The position numbers and the translations under genes were made by a program. Positions 46,500 through 56,331 of a stretch of DNA of 64,000 nt are shown here, piece by piece; position 1 is the stretch's first letter; every line of letters begins with the position of its first letter. Source of the stretch: Fibrobacterota bacterium. Lineage in GTDB: Bacteria > Fibrobacterota > Fibrobacteria > UBA11236. The notes below the pieces were generated by a model, which saw only the letters and a list, made by a program, of their open reading frames with translations, ran no database searches and was not told the origin of the DNA. The stretch is taken from positions 185 through 64,184 of the forward strand of contig JAYUVP010000224.1 in assembly GCA_043753995.1 (NCBI GenBank), read 5' to 3'.

Positions 46500-47788
46500 C
46501 GCCGCTCGACTTCGAAAGTCGTCTTTGGCAGGTTGGGACCCGGTCTTGGATTTTTCCCCGCCTTGGCCGCTCCCTCCACGCCCGGAACGCCGCGAAACCG
46601 CCCTTCGGCAGGGTAACCGTGTTCATACCGTATCGTTTGCGTGACCTTTCCATCGGGACCGTAAAATTTTTGTTCGCCACTGAGCACACCCGCGCGATAT
46701 TGCGAATGCTCGGCTAGCCTGCCTTGATCATCCCAGCGCGACCAGAGGCCTTCACGAAGCCCCAGGCCATAGCCACCCTCCGAAGCCGGCTTGCCGTTTT
46801 TATGAAAAGTTCGAATGTGCAGCAAGGTATCCCGGGCATAAGTCGAGCGGCTTTTCACCACCCCGCCCCCGAAATAAATCACCCAATCGCCATCGCGCAA
46901 TCCGTCGCGATAAGCCACCGTTTCCTGCGTTCGGCCTGCCGTGTCGAAGCGCTGCAAAATCCCCGTTCCGCCCGCAAAAAATCCCTGTTCGCGCTTGCGG
47001 CCCAGGCTATCCCAAGCCAGGACGCTGTCTTGCCAAAGTCCGGCCTGATAGCCCTGGCAAGAGGCCTTGCCGCCCTCTTCATGAAAGCCCAGCCAAATCG
47101 AATCGCGTCGACCCAGGCTATCATAATGCCCCTGCAAAACCACTCCGCCTGAAAGTCCGTAACGGGTATAGGTCCCGACCGGCTGGCCTTTGCGGCAGCC
47201 ATATTCTTCTTGCGGCGCACCGCGCGCATGGTAGGCGCGATAAGAACCCGTGTCATTGTCCGCGAAGCAGGACGAAACCCATACCGTGTCCCCATGCGGA
47301 TCGAAAGCTTCCCAAACTCCCGTTTCTCGGCCCTCGCGATATTGGCCCTTGCGCCGGATTTCCCCGTTTTCGAAATATTCCATCCACGGCCCGGTTTTCA
47401 CATTGTCACGATATTCGCCTTGTGAAGAAAGTTGGAAGCGATTCCAAAAAAATTCCCAATGCCCTTCACGTTGGCCAGCGACATATTTTCCACGGCTTTT
47501 GATTTGTCCATTATGCCAATAATCGGCATAGTCCCCATGCCTTTGGCCGCGACGAAAATGAATTTCAAATTCCGGATGCCCATTGAAGAAATACGTCTTC
47601 TCGAATTTCAAATGCAGCGAATCCTTGGGCCCGAAATACCCGTAAACTCGCTCACATTTGGCATTGCCCTGCGGATAGCGCTCCGTCACCTCGGCATGCT
47701 GGCAAGCACTCAAAAAACAAAACCCCAAGGCCAGCAGCACGGTGGCAGGCCTAGAACTTCCTTTTTTCTGTTGCGACGGTAAAAACAT
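46496..47788 (-). CDS. MORN-repeat (YwqK-like) lipoprotein
   Basis: Lipobox LLALGFCFLSAC. Repeated G.W..Y..NG....G.Y..G...G.W units such as GHWEFFWNRFQLSSQGEYRDNVKTGPWMEYFENGEIRRKGQYREGRETGVW. Confidence 0.6.
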   Translation of the reverse strand: MFLPSQQKKGSSRPATVLLALGFCFLSACQHAEVTERYPQGNAKCERVYGYFGPKDSLHLKFEKTYFFNGHPEFEIHFRRGQRHGDYADYWHNGQIKSRGKYVAGQREGHWEFFWNRFQLSSQGEYRDNVKTGPWMEYFENGEIRRKGQYREGRETGVWEAFDPHGDTVWVSSCFADNDTGSYRAYHARGAPQEEYGCRKGQPVGTYTRYGLSGGVVLQGHYDSLGRRDSIWLGFHEEGGKASCQGYQAGLWQDSVLAWDSLGRKREQGFFAGGTGILQRFDTAGRTQETVAYRDGLRDGDWVIYFGGGVVKSRSTYARDTLLHIRTFHKNGKPASEGGYGLGLREGLWSRWDDQGRLAEHSQYRAGVLSGEQKFYGPDGKVTQTIRYEHGYPAEGRFRGVPGVEGAAKAGKNPRPGPNLPKTTFEVERR

Positions 47789-47964
47789 GAGGCAATGATA
47801 ATCCAGACAACTGAATTCAGGGGTTGGCTCCGCCTCCCCCCGCCTCGGCCCGTCAAACTGGGTCGCTACGGTCGGCCTCGGCATCCCCACCGGAGATCCG
47901 ATTCAGGGATTATAGTTTGTCAGGGACCGGCTACAGGTGCCTTAGACCTAGCCGAAGGAAAAAC

Positions 47965-50073
47965 ATGACGCCTATGGCAAGCCTCCTACTCTTCGGGGCC
48001 ATGCTTCCCTTCACCTGGGGGGCTGGTGTTCCGCAATGGGCATGGCTCAGCCCGTCGCCCACCGGAAATCATTTGATTCATGTTTTCTCACTCGATTCCT
48101 TACGCGGATTTGTCGTGGCGAATAATGGCGAGGTGGTGAAGTCCATGGATGGCGGCGATACTTGGAAGCCCCAAGGCTCAGGAAATGGCTCTATTCGCCT
48201 CAATGCGGCAGCGACCTTGGATGGCCGCACACTTTTAGGGGCTGGCTATGACGGTAAGGTGTGGAAAACCGCCGATTCCGGCAAGACTTGGCGTTATTCT
48301 GCTTTGAGTTCCGGCAGCCTATTCGGAATTTGCCAAATGGGTTCGACCACGGCTTTGGCGGCCGGCGATGGCGGTAGGCTTTACCGGTCCAAGGATGCCG
48401 GTGATTCCTGGACCCAGGTGAGTGAAGACTCGCAGGGCCGAAATCTGTATTCCATCGCCTGTGGTGATGGGGGCTATGCCATGGCCGTGGGATTCAATGG
48501 CCTTATTTTGAAAAGCGCCGATAGCGGAAAAACCTGGAAAGACTTGTCCCTGCTCGATTCGCTGCGGCTGACCGTAGTGAAAATCCGCGATTCCCAATCG
48601 ATTTATGCAGCAAGTGCCGATGGCGTTTTTCTGAAATCGAGCAATGGCGGTATAACCTGGAAAAAACAGCTCTTGGACTCCACCATTCTGCTGCGGGGAA
48701 TAGACGTCAAGGGAAATGGTTTAACTCTGACAGGAAGCGATGCCTCCATATGGCATTCCTCTGACCGTGGTGAAACCTGGAGCCTGGATTCCATGGACAT
48801 GTTCGCCAACTTGGCCTCCGTGGCGAGCTTCGGTGAAAAAAATCAAGTCGTGGTCGGCGATAATGGCACCATCCTGCGTCGCGACGGAAATTCCCAATCT
48901 TGGCATCAGCATCGGTCGGGGCCAGTACAGCATGTAATCGGAATCACATCTCTTGGCGAAAATTCCTGGATGGCCTTCGGTATCGAGGGATTAGTCCTGC
49001 AAACTTCGGATGCCGGTAAAACCTGGATCAAAAGGCAAATCGAAAAGCCTTTTGGTTTCTTGGCTGGCGATTTCTGGCAAGATCAAAGGGGCTTGCTTGT
49101 GGGCCATGAGGGCAGGGTTTTGCGTTCCCTCGATGGCGGTGAAAATTGGCATCAAGTCGAATCGGGAATTTCGGACTATTGGCTGGATGGCGTGGCCTGG
49201 GCCGACTCCCTGACGGCGGTAGTCGTGGGAGAGCAGGGTATTCTCCTGCGAACCCAAGATGCTGGGCAAACGTGGACGGCGATGACGGCTCCGGGCTTAG
49301 CCGGTCAAACCTTGAGTGCAGTCACCTTTCTTTCAGAAAAGGTGGGTGTGGTGGTGGGCTATCAAGGCCTGATTCTTAAAACCACGGACGGAGGTGCTTC
49401 TTGGTCGCCTCGACCGACCGGCATGCAGAAAAACCTCTTTTCAGTCTCCTTCCTAAACAGCCAAGCGGGCATGGCCGTGGGGCAAAGCGGCACCGTGCTC
49501 ACCACCCAAGATGGAGGCGAAACCTGGCAGACTGGCGGTACGGGATTTCCGAATGATCACTTGTATGGCGGGGTCTTAATCGGAGCCGATACCGCCCTGG
49601 TGGTGGGAGATTGGGGACATAAGGCCATTGCCCGCTTTACCACCGATGGGGGCAAGTCTTGGGCGGATATGCCCAGTGCTTCCCCGTGGGTGCTCACCGG
49701 GGTCATGAGGGTGGGGCCTGGGTTGGTGGTAGCCACCGGCGATCGCGGCATGGTGCTAATAGCCGATTTCAATGGCCTCGGGTCGGAAAGCCAGGCGCCT
49801 CCTGTCCTAGACATGTTACCCACGCTTTTGCGCGCGAATCGGCAAGAAGGAAATTCGATTCGCCTCCAATTGACCTTGCCCTATGCTGGTCAGGCGCGCG
49901 TCGCCGCCTATTCGCCAGCGGGCCATTGGCTGGGTCGCGTTTTCGAGGGCCCTTTGTCCGCGGGGGCAAATACCGTCATCACCCCGCAATCCTCTCCAGG
50001 ACCGATGCTTTTTCGCCTGAGATTACAAGGGTCCGAAGGCTCGGTTCTCAATGCTTCCTGTCGGCTCGAATAG
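47965..50073 (+). CDS. Secreted BNR/Asp-box repeat beta-propeller protein (Ycf48/sialidase-like) with C-terminal T9SS-CTD-like domain
   Basis: Signal peptide MTPMASLLLFGAMLPFTWGAG. About 12 S-x-D-x-G-x-T-W boxes (SMDGGDTWK, TADSGKTWR, SKDAGDSWT, SSDRGETWS, TQDGGETWQ ...). The C-terminal ~60 aa (ARVAAYSPAGHWLGRVFEGPLSAGANTV...MLFRLRLQGSEGSVLNASCRLE) are homologous to the tail of the 15035-15703 protein. Confidence 0.7.
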   Translation: MTPMASLLLFGAMLPFTWGAGVPQWAWLSPSPTGNHLIHVFSLDSLRGFVVANNGEVVKSMDGGDTWKPQGSGNGSIRLNAAATLDGRTLLGAGYDGKVWKTADSGKTWRYSALSSGSLFGICQMGSTTALAAGDGGRLYRSKDAGDSWTQVSEDSQGRNLYSIACGDGGYAMAVGFNGLILKSADSGKTWKDLSLLDSLRLTVVKIRDSQSIYAASADGVFLKSSNGGITWKKQLLDSTILLRGIDVKGNGLTLTGSDASIWHSSDRGETWSLDSMDMFANLASVASFGEKNQVVVGDNGTILRRDGNSQSWHQHRSGPVQHVIGITSLGENSWMAFGIEGLVLQTSDAGKTWIKRQIEKPFGFLAGDFWQDQRGLLVGHEGRVLRSLDGGENWHQVESGISDYWLDGVAWADSLTAVVVGEQGILLRTQDAGQTWTAMTAPGLAGQTLSAVTFLSEKVGVVVGYQGLILKTTDGGASWSPRPTGMQKNLFSVSFLNSQAGMAVGQSGTVLTTQDGGETWQTGGTGFPNDHLYGGVLIGADTALVVGDWGHKAIARFTTDGGKSWADMPSASPWVLTGVMRVGPGLVVATGDRGMVLIADFNGLGSESQAPPVLDMLPTLLRANRQEGNSIRLQLTLPYAGQARVAAYSPAGHWLGRVFEGPLSAGANTVITPQSSPGPMLFRLRLQGSEGSVLNASCRLE

Positions 50074-50204
50074 ATTTGAATAGGCTCGAATAAATTCGGC
50101 CTATTTTTGCCATTGTTCAGGCGGCCCCGGTTTCATTGTGAGAATCCCTATCTTTATCCCCATTCCCAAGGGCGACACTTCAGGGTGTTGAAAGGAAGTT
50201 TTTC

Positions 50205-51089
50205 ATGACCGATCAATTCAAATCTCCCGCTGCCAATGCGCTTCGAGGCGTGGTGAATGGCCGCATCAAACCGGCCTTGGCCCAATGGTGTTTGAAAGAC
50301 GCTTCTCCGGAAAAATGGTCGCTGGAAAAAATTTGCCAAGTCGCCAAGGAATTGAATGTTCCCGCCATCGAAGTCGTTTCTCCCGCCGATTTTCCCGTGC
50401 TGAAAAAGCATGGCCTGGTTTGCGCTCTCACCACCTCGCATTGGTATGTGCGTGGCATGTGCAATAAGCTGCACTGGGACGAATGCCTGCCCAAGCTGAC
50501 CGAATCGATTGAGGCCAATGCCGTTTATGGCTTTCCCAATGTGATCACCTTTTCGGGTTTCGCCGACACTTCGGCCGAGCCTTCGGAAGAAGGCGGTCCA
50601 GGCGGCGTGCCGGGCTCCAAAGTGTCTCTGGAAGAAGGCATTCGCAACTGCGTCGAAGGCTATAAGAAAATCGTCGGATTGGCCGAGAAAAAGAAGGTGA
50701 CCATTTGCCTCGAAGCCCTCAATTCACGCGATGGCGCGGCCATGAAGGGGCATCCCGGCTATTTCGCCGATCACCTCGACATTTGCGCCGAAATTATTCG
50801 CAAGGTGGGTTCGCCGGCTCTCAAGCTGGTTTATGATATCTATCACATCCAAATCATGGATGGCGACATATTGCGCCGCACCCAAGAAGTGAAAGACATG
50901 ATTGGCCACGTGCAAATCGCGGGCGTGCCCGGCCGCAATGAAATCGACAATACCCAGGAATTGAATTGGCCCCGCATCATGCAAGCCTTACTCGACGTCG
51001 GATATGATGGTTATGTCGGCCTTGAATTCATTCCCACGCGTCCCAATTTGCAATCGGTGTCGCAAGCCGTGCAAATCGTCGACATCTGA
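50205..51089 (+). CDS. Xylose-isomerase-like TIM-barrel protein (hydroxypyruvate isomerase/sugar-phosphate isomerase family)
   Basis: 294 aa. AP-endonuclease-2/xylose-isomerase TIM-barrel signature (VTICLEALN...YDIYHIQIMDGD...GHVQIAG). Confidence 0.7.
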   Translation: MTDQFKSPAANALRGVVNGRIKPALAQWCLKDASPEKWSLEKICQVAKELNVPAIEVVSPADFPVLKKHGLVCALTTSHWYVRGMCNKLHWDECLPKLTESIEANAVYGFPNVITFSGFADTSAEPSEEGGPGGVPGSKVSLEEGIRNCVEGYKKIVGLAEKKKVTICLEALNSRDGAAMKGHPGYFADHLDICAEIIRKVGSPALKLVYDIYHIQIMDGDILRRTQEVKDMIGHVQIAGVPGRNEIDNTQELNWPRIMQALLDVGYDGYVGLEFIPTRPNLQSVSQAVQIVDI

Positions 51090-51097
51090 GGCCACAA

Positions 51098-51131
51098 AAA
51101 AACGGATGCCCATCGGCATCCGTTTTTATTT
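51098..51131. terminator. Bidirectional rho-independent terminator between convergent genes
   Basis: AAAAAAACGGATGCCCATCGGCATCCGTTTTTATTT. Stem CGGATGCC/GGCATCCG with loop CATC, flanked by an A-run and a T-run. Confidence 0.7.
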
Positions 51132-51149
51132 CACGACTTAAGGTTTAGC

Positions 51150-51992
51150 TCAAGCGGGCTGCAGTTCTTTGAGCCAGCCGCGCACGGTATTGCGGATATA
51201 GTCGCCGTCTTTCAGGGTGACGCCATCCGGATCTTCGATGCTGGCTTCGCATTCGTCCTCGAAGACAATCCAGCCCTTATACTTAGTCTCGACCATGTCG
51301 CTGACCACGGTTTTGAAGTCGATAATGCCTTCACCGGTGGCCGCCCATTCGCCGTCCTGAAACATATCCTTGAAATGGAAATGATTCACCAGGGAGCGGT
51401 ATTGGCGCACGAGTTGCACGGGGTCCATGCCGCCCTTGGCAATATGGCCCACATCGGGTGTCCAGCCTAAAACTTTGGAATCGAGCATGGGCAAAAGCTT
51501 GTCATAGTCTTCGCGCGTTCGCCAAATCGATCCTTCGGGGGAATTCGGGTGATACGAAGATGTCAAGCCGCGATCTGCGGCACGCTTGGCAATGGCATTG
51601 ATATTGAGAATCAGGTTTTTCTGGCGCTCAGCGAGATTGGAGCGATCCTTGCCGGGCATTTGCACCGGCATGAGCAAGGTTTCCGTCCCCAGGGCCACGC
51701 ATAAGTCGATGGCGCGATCGGCTTCGATGCGCTCGGCTTCGGTTTCCACGGGGTTGAGCCAATCGCAAACCAGGGCCAAGCTGGAAAACTTCAAATTGTT
51801 TTTGGCCATGGTCTCTTTGAGCAAGCCAACATCCCAGTACTTGCCCATTTGCAAGTTCATGGGCTCCAGGCCTTCAAAGCCTGACTTGGAGGCGATTTCG
51901 GCCATGTGATCGATTTTGCCGATATACTTGTCGCCGCACTGTATCCAAGCATAGGTCTCACAGGTGAAACGAATATCAGGGGTTGCCGTCAT
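51150..51992 (-). CDS. Sugar phosphate isomerase/epimerase (xylose-isomerase-like TIM barrel)
   Basis: Start trimmed to MTATPDIRF (51992). 280 aa. The upstream extension of the ORF overlaps the hydrolase gene. Motifs GFEGLEP...LGTETLLMP...GWTPDVGH...HFHFKD. Confidence 0.7.
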   Translation of the reverse strand: MTATPDIRFTCETYAWIQCGDKYIGKIDHMAEIASKSGFEGLEPMNLQMGKYWDVGLLKETMAKNNLKFSSLALVCDWLNPVETEAERIEADRAIDLCVALGTETLLMPVQMPGKDRSNLAERQKNLILNINAIAKRAADRGLTSSYHPNSPEGSIWRTREDYDKLLPMLDSKVLGWTPDVGHIAKGGMDPVQLVRQYRSLVNHFHFKDMFQDGEWAATGEGIIDFKTVVSDMVETKYKGWIVFEDECEASIEDPDGVTLKDGDYIRNTVRGWLKELQPA

Positions 51993-52012
51993 GGGTTTAG
52001 TCTCCTTGTTTC

Positions 52013-52810
52013 TCAGTGGGCGAGTAGCCAGCGGGTGGTTTCGCGATTGAACTTTTCCAAATCTTCCCAGTGATGGATATGGCCCCAGCCCTCGAAGGTG
52101 AGAAGTTCGGATCCTTTGATGCCAGCATGCAATTCTTTGGCGAAGGCTAGCGGGGTGAAAATGTCGGCCGTACCCACGGTGATAAGGGTGGGCTGGGTAA
52201 TGCGACCCAAGTCCTTGGACGTATCGTGGGTGATACAGGCTTCGGCCTGCCCCGCGAAACCCTGCTGGCTTTGCGGATAAGCATAGCCGAGGGCGTCCTT
52301 GCGTCCCTTTTGCAGGTCGGCGACATTTTTGTCGTAATGGGTGGGGGTGGCTATCCACAAATGCAGCAAGGCGAGAAAATCGTCGAAGGGTAGGGCAGCG
52401 CGCGTTTTCACGAACATGCGAAATATGTCTTGTGCATAGGCGTCGCATTTCGCCCAAGACGCGGCCAGAATTTGGCTCTTCACCTTTTTCGGATGGCGAA
52501 GAGAAAGTTGTTGGGCAATGACGCCGCCCATGGAAATGCCAGCGATGCGGGCTTGTTTGAGGCCTAGTTGATCCATCATTCCGGCAATGTCGTCGGCCAT
52601 CATGGCTGAGGTATAAGGTCCGACTGGCGCATCGCTGCGACCTACGCCACGATTGTCGATGAGATAGCAGGTGAAATGCTTTTCCCAAGCTTGGGCATGC
52701 AAATCCCAAACCGGGCCATCGGCTGAAAGACCCATGATCAGGATAAGCGGTTCGCCCGATCCTCGGGTTTCATAATGCATGCGAATGCCATTGGTCTCGA
52801 CGAAAGGCAT
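52013..52810 (-). CDS. Alpha/beta-fold hydrolase
   Basis: HYETRGSGEPLILIMGL...DNRGVGRSD and the nucleophile elbow GISMGG. C-terminal His in HHWEDL. Confidence 0.75.
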   Translation of the reverse strand: MPFVETNGIRMHYETRGSGEPLILIMGLSADGPVWDLHAQAWEKHFTCYLIDNRGVGRSDAPVGPYTSAMMADDIAGMMDQLGLKQARIAGISMGGVIAQQLSLRHPKKVKSQILAASWAKCDAYAQDIFRMFVKTRAALPFDDFLALLHLWIATPTHYDKNVADLQKGRKDALGYAYPQSQQGFAGQAEACITHDTSKDLGRITQPTLITVGTADIFTPLAFAKELHAGIKGSELLTFEGWGHIHHWEDLEKFNRETTRWLLAH

Positions 52811-52912
52811 AAAGGACTCCTTAGCGAGCCACCCCCTGGGGTGACGGGAACGAACTTACCGAAAGGCTGAAAAGCTGCCTGTAACTCTATCGGCGAATTT
52901 AGGAAAACCGTT

Positions 52913-53716
52913 CTATTCAGGATGCGCATAGGCGGCATGGGTGACGGGCGCTTCGGAGGCGGCCAAGGGCTGTCCCTGAAAATGGCGCTGCCGATATTCC
53001 CGCGGGGTAATGCCCATGCGTTTCACGAATTGCTTCGAGAAATAACTTTGATCGCAAAAGCCCGTGGCCTGGGCTATCCAAGACACGGAATTGCGCGTTT
53101 GAATCAGGGATTTGCAGGCCTCATTCACGCGTACTTTGAGAATGAATTGCATGGGCGTTTCTTGAAAGACGCGCTTGAAACGGCGCTCGAATTGGCTGAC
53201 GGATAAAGCAGCCATATGCGCCAAGCTCTCAATGGCAATGGACTGGGCATAATTCTTGTGAATGTGTTCGATGACCTGGGAAAACTCCATGTAGTCGGGA
53301 GCGGGCACAGGCGCGCGGTTGAGATGCTGGGTGATGCCGGCTATGCCTATCACTTTTCCGTCGCGGCCATAAATCGGAACCTTATTGGTCGCATACCAGC
53401 GAATGGTTCCGTCTTCCCCGGCAATGGGCTCGACGCGGTGCACAATTTTTTCGCGGGTTTGCATGACTTCGAGGTCATCATGGCGAAATCGCTCTGCAAT
53501 ATATTTGGGGAAAAAGTCATAATCGGTGAGTCCGATAATTTCTTTCGGATCGCGTTTTCCGCAAATGAGGGCCACCGATTGATTGCCCATGACAAACCTT
53601 CCATTTTCGTCTTTTACGAAGAAAGAGAGGTTTGGGAGGTTTTCAAAGAGGACGTCTAGGCCTCCCAATTGGTCGAGGGAGTTGAGAAATTCGCGCTGAA
53701 AAGATTCGTTGGACAT
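52913..53716 (-). CDS. AraC-family transcriptional regulator with N-terminal PAS-like sensor domain
   Basis: Start at MSNESF (53716). PAS-like FFVKDENGRFVMGNQSVALICGKRDPKEIIGLTDYDFFP followed by the AraC HTH (IAQATGFCDQSYFSKQFVKRMGITPREYRQ). Confidence 0.7.
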   Translation of the reverse strand: MSNESFQREFLNSLDQLGGLDVLFENLPNLSFFVKDENGRFVMGNQSVALICGKRDPKEIIGLTDYDFFPKYIAERFRHDDLEVMQTREKIVHRVEPIAGEDGTIRWYATNKVPIYGRDGKVIGIAGITQHLNRAPVPAPDYMEFSQVIEHIHKNYAQSIAIESLAHMAALSVSQFERRFKRVFQETPMQFILKVRVNEACKSLIQTRNSVSWIAQATGFCDQSYFSKQFVKRMGITPREYRQRHFQGQPLAASEAPVTHAAYAHPE

Positions 53717-53816
53717 AGGATACCCCTCGCCGAAAATGTACCGACTTTCCCTGAATTCGCACAACCTATCTTTACGATTTCGCCCTAACTTATTAGCCCC
53801 TAAGAGAAAAAACCGA

Positions 53817-54605
53817 GTGCAAGGCAAAAACGCATTGATCACAGGCGCGGCTGCGGGCATAGGCCTGGCCATAGCCAAATCCCTCGCCCTACGCGGCATG
53901 CGCGTTTTGGGTGCCGATCGGCATCCTGAAACGGCGCAACGTCTGGCGCAAGAAAATGCCAAACTGGCCGGCGAGCCGAATTTTTTCGGCGAATTGCGCG
54001 GTCTCGTCTGTGATGTCACTCACGAAGAGGATGTTTCCTCGGCCGTGACAGAAGCAGCGGGCGCTGACGGCCATTTGGAATTATTGGTGAGCAATGCAGG
54101 GATATTTCCCCTCGGGGCCACCATAGACAAGCTTTCTGACGCCGATTGGGAGCGGACTCTGGCCGTGAATCTCACGGCAGCCATGCGCGTGATGCGCAAG
54201 GCAATCCCCCTCTTGCGCAAGGGAAAGGACGCGCAAATCATTGTCATCGGTTCGCGCAATGTGGCGGCGCCGGGTCCTGGGGCTGCGGCCTATTCGGCCT
54301 CCAAGGCCGCCCTGGTGCAATTGGCACGCGTCGCCGCATTGGAGCTGGCTCCCGAAGGCATTCGCGTCAATATCATTCATCCCGATGCGGTTTTCGACAC
54401 CGATTTGTGGACGCCAGAGACCTTGAAGCGCTCCGCGGATCGCTATGGCATGACGGTCGAAGAATATCAGCGTCGCAATTTGATGAAAACCAAAATCCTT
54501 TCGGTCGACGTGGCCGAGGCCGTCTGCGCCCTCATGGGCCCGGGCTTCGCTAAAACCACTGGAGCGCAAATTCCGGTGGATGGCGGCAATGATCGCGTGA
54601 TTTGA
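53817..54605 (+). CDS. Short-chain dehydrogenase/reductase (SDR)
   Basis: GTG start. TGAAAGIG Rossmann motif, NAG and the catalytic YSASKAA (YxxxK). Confidence 0.7.
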   Translation: MQGKNALITGAAAGIGLAIAKSLALRGMRVLGADRHPETAQRLAQENAKLAGEPNFFGELRGLVCDVTHEEDVSSAVTEAAGADGHLELLVSNAGIFPLGATIDKLSDADWERTLAVNLTAAMRVMRKAIPLLRKGKDAQIIVIGSRNVAAPGPGAAAYSASKAALVQLARVAALELAPEGIRVNIIHPDAVFDTDLWTPETLKRSADRYGMTVEEYQRRNLMKTKILSVDVAEAVCALMGPGFAKTTGAQIPVDGGNDRVI

Positions 54606-55663
54606 TCTTACACCTCCCTCCGGAGAATGAAATGGCCAGTAACCTGGACAATACCCTGATCAAGCGCCCAAAAAAAGTGCTCAACGATCCCAAGCGGGCT
54701 GTCGACGAAATGATCGAAGGTTTGGTTTTGGCGAGCGACGGCAAGACCCGTAAATTGCCGGGCGTTAATGCAATCGTGCGCAGCGAAATACCCCAGGGCA
54801 AGGTCACCGTCCTCATCGGAGGCGGTAGCGGGCATGAGCCTTTGTTTCACGGCTTCGTCGGCGAGAATATGGCTGACGGCGCCGCCATCGGCAATATTTT
54901 CGCCGCCCCCTCTCCCGACATCATTCTCGAAGCCACGCGCGCTCTCAATCGGGGTGCAGGGGTGCTTTATCTCTATGCTAACTATGCCGGCGACTGCATG
55001 AATTTCGACATCGCCGCCGAAATGGCCGAGGCCGAAGGCATCACGGTGAAAACCGTCTTGATCTACGACGATGTGGCTTCTGCCCCCAAGGGCAAGGAAA
55101 ATCAAAGGCGCGGCATTGCTGGCGATTTGCCCGTCATCAAGGCGGTGGGCGGTGCAGCCAATCAATACCGCACTCTCGACGAGGTAGTGCAAGTGGCCAT
55201 GAAAGCTCGCGATCACGTGCGCTCGCTCGGTGTGGCTTTGGCCGCAGGAAGCATTCCTGAAACCGGCGAGCCCACCTTTCATTTGCCCGACGATGAAATC
55301 GAAATCGGCATGGGCGTGCATGGCGAGCCTGGCGTGCAACGCCAAAAACTCAGCGATGCCGACTCACTCACGGCGCAAATGCTCGATCGCATTCTCACCG
55401 ATTTGCCCTTTTCGCGTGGCGACAAGGTGGCTCTGCTGGTGAATAGTCTGGGTGCGACGACCATGCTGGAATGTCTGCTAGTGAATCGCAAAGCACGGCA
55501 AATTCTCGCGGAGCGCGGCATTGCCGTGCATCGCACCGATGTGGGCAATTACATCACTTGCCAAGAAATGGCGGGCTTTTCCATCACCTTGATGAAGCTC
55601 GACGCCGAACTGCAAAAATTCATGGATTTACCCGCCGATTCGGTGGGATATCGTAAGGCCTAA
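54602..55663 (+). CDS. dhaK: Dihydroxyacetone kinase subunit DhaK (substrate-binding)
   Basis: KVLNDPKRAVDEMIEGLVLA...LIGGGSGHEPLFHGFVGENMADGAAIGNIFAAPSP is the Dak1 domain with the conserved His. The start may be the Met at 54632. Confidence 0.85.
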   Translation: MILHLPPENEMASNLDNTLIKRPKKVLNDPKRAVDEMIEGLVLASDGKTRKLPGVNAIVRSEIPQGKVTVLIGGGSGHEPLFHGFVGENMADGAAIGNIFAAPSPDIILEATRALNRGAGVLYLYANYAGDCMNFDIAAEMAEAEGITVKTVLIYDDVASAPKGKENQRRGIAGDLPVIKAVGGAANQYRTLDEVVQVAMKARDHVRSLGVALAAGSIPETGEPTFHLPDDEIEIGMGVHGEPGVQRQKLSDADSLTAQMLDRILTDLPFSRGDKVALLVNSLGATTMLECLLVNRKARQILAERGIAVHRTDVGNYITCQEMAGFSITLMKLDAELQKFMDLPADSVGYRKA

Positions 55664-55665
55664 TA

Positions 55666-56310
55666 ATGCACGGATTAGAGGCTCAAGGCGTCATCGCCCT
55701 CCTGTTAAAGGCCACCGAAAATGTTTTGGCCGCCAAGGATTTACTGACCAAGGCCGATCAGGCCATTGGTGACGGTGATCACGGTATTGGCATGGCACGT
55801 GGTTGCGAAGCGGTGCAGAATAAGCTTAAAAGCACATCCCTGGCGACGCCCGGCGCGGTCTTTGTCGCTTCGGGACAAGCCATGATGATGTCGGTGGGAG
55901 GCTCCTCGGGAGCCATATTCGGCACCTTGTTCACGGCCGGCGGGAAGATCTTAGGCGATGCGCCCAAGCTCGACGCGGCGCATTTCGCCGACATGATCGT
56001 CGAAGGATTGGCCGCCGTGCAAAAGCGCGGTAATGCCAAGGTAGGCGATAAGACTCTGGTCGATGCCCTTGCTCCTGCGGCGGAAGCGGCTAAGGCCCAT
56101 GCCCAGTCGTCCCTACAAGAATGCCTCGATGCCGCGGCGAAAGCCGCCGTGGCTGGAGCCGAAAGTACGCGTAACATGGTCGCTACTCTGGGACGAGCCA
56201 AAACTCTGGGTGAACGCTCGGTGGGCCATGTCGATCCCGGCGCCTTGTCGCTTTCCATTTGGCTAACGGGCATGGCAGAAGCTGCCGCCTTGCAAGCCAA
56301 CCACGCTTAA
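55666..56310 (+). CDS. dhaL: Dihydroxyacetone kinase subunit DhaL (ADP-binding)
   Basis: The Dak2 domain motif DQAIGDGDHGIGMARG. Confidence 0.8.
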   Translation: MHGLEAQGVIALLLKATENVLAAKDLLTKADQAIGDGDHGIGMARGCEAVQNKLKSTSLATPGAVFVASGQAMMMSVGGSSGAIFGTLFTAGGKILGDAPKLDAAHFADMIVEGLAAVQKRGNAKVGDKTLVDALAPAAEAAKAHAQSSLQECLDAAAKAAVAGAESTRNMVATLGRAKTLGERSVGHVDPGALSLSIWLTGMAEAAALQANHA

Positions 56311-56331
56311 TTCATTTCCTAGGAGACTATC

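Noticed and set aside
51993-52709. Upstream 239-aa extension of the sugar-phosphate isomerase ORF (51150-52709)
   Set aside because: It overlaps, in another frame, the convincing alpha/beta hydrolase gene (52013-52810). The isomerase homology begins at MTATPDIRF.
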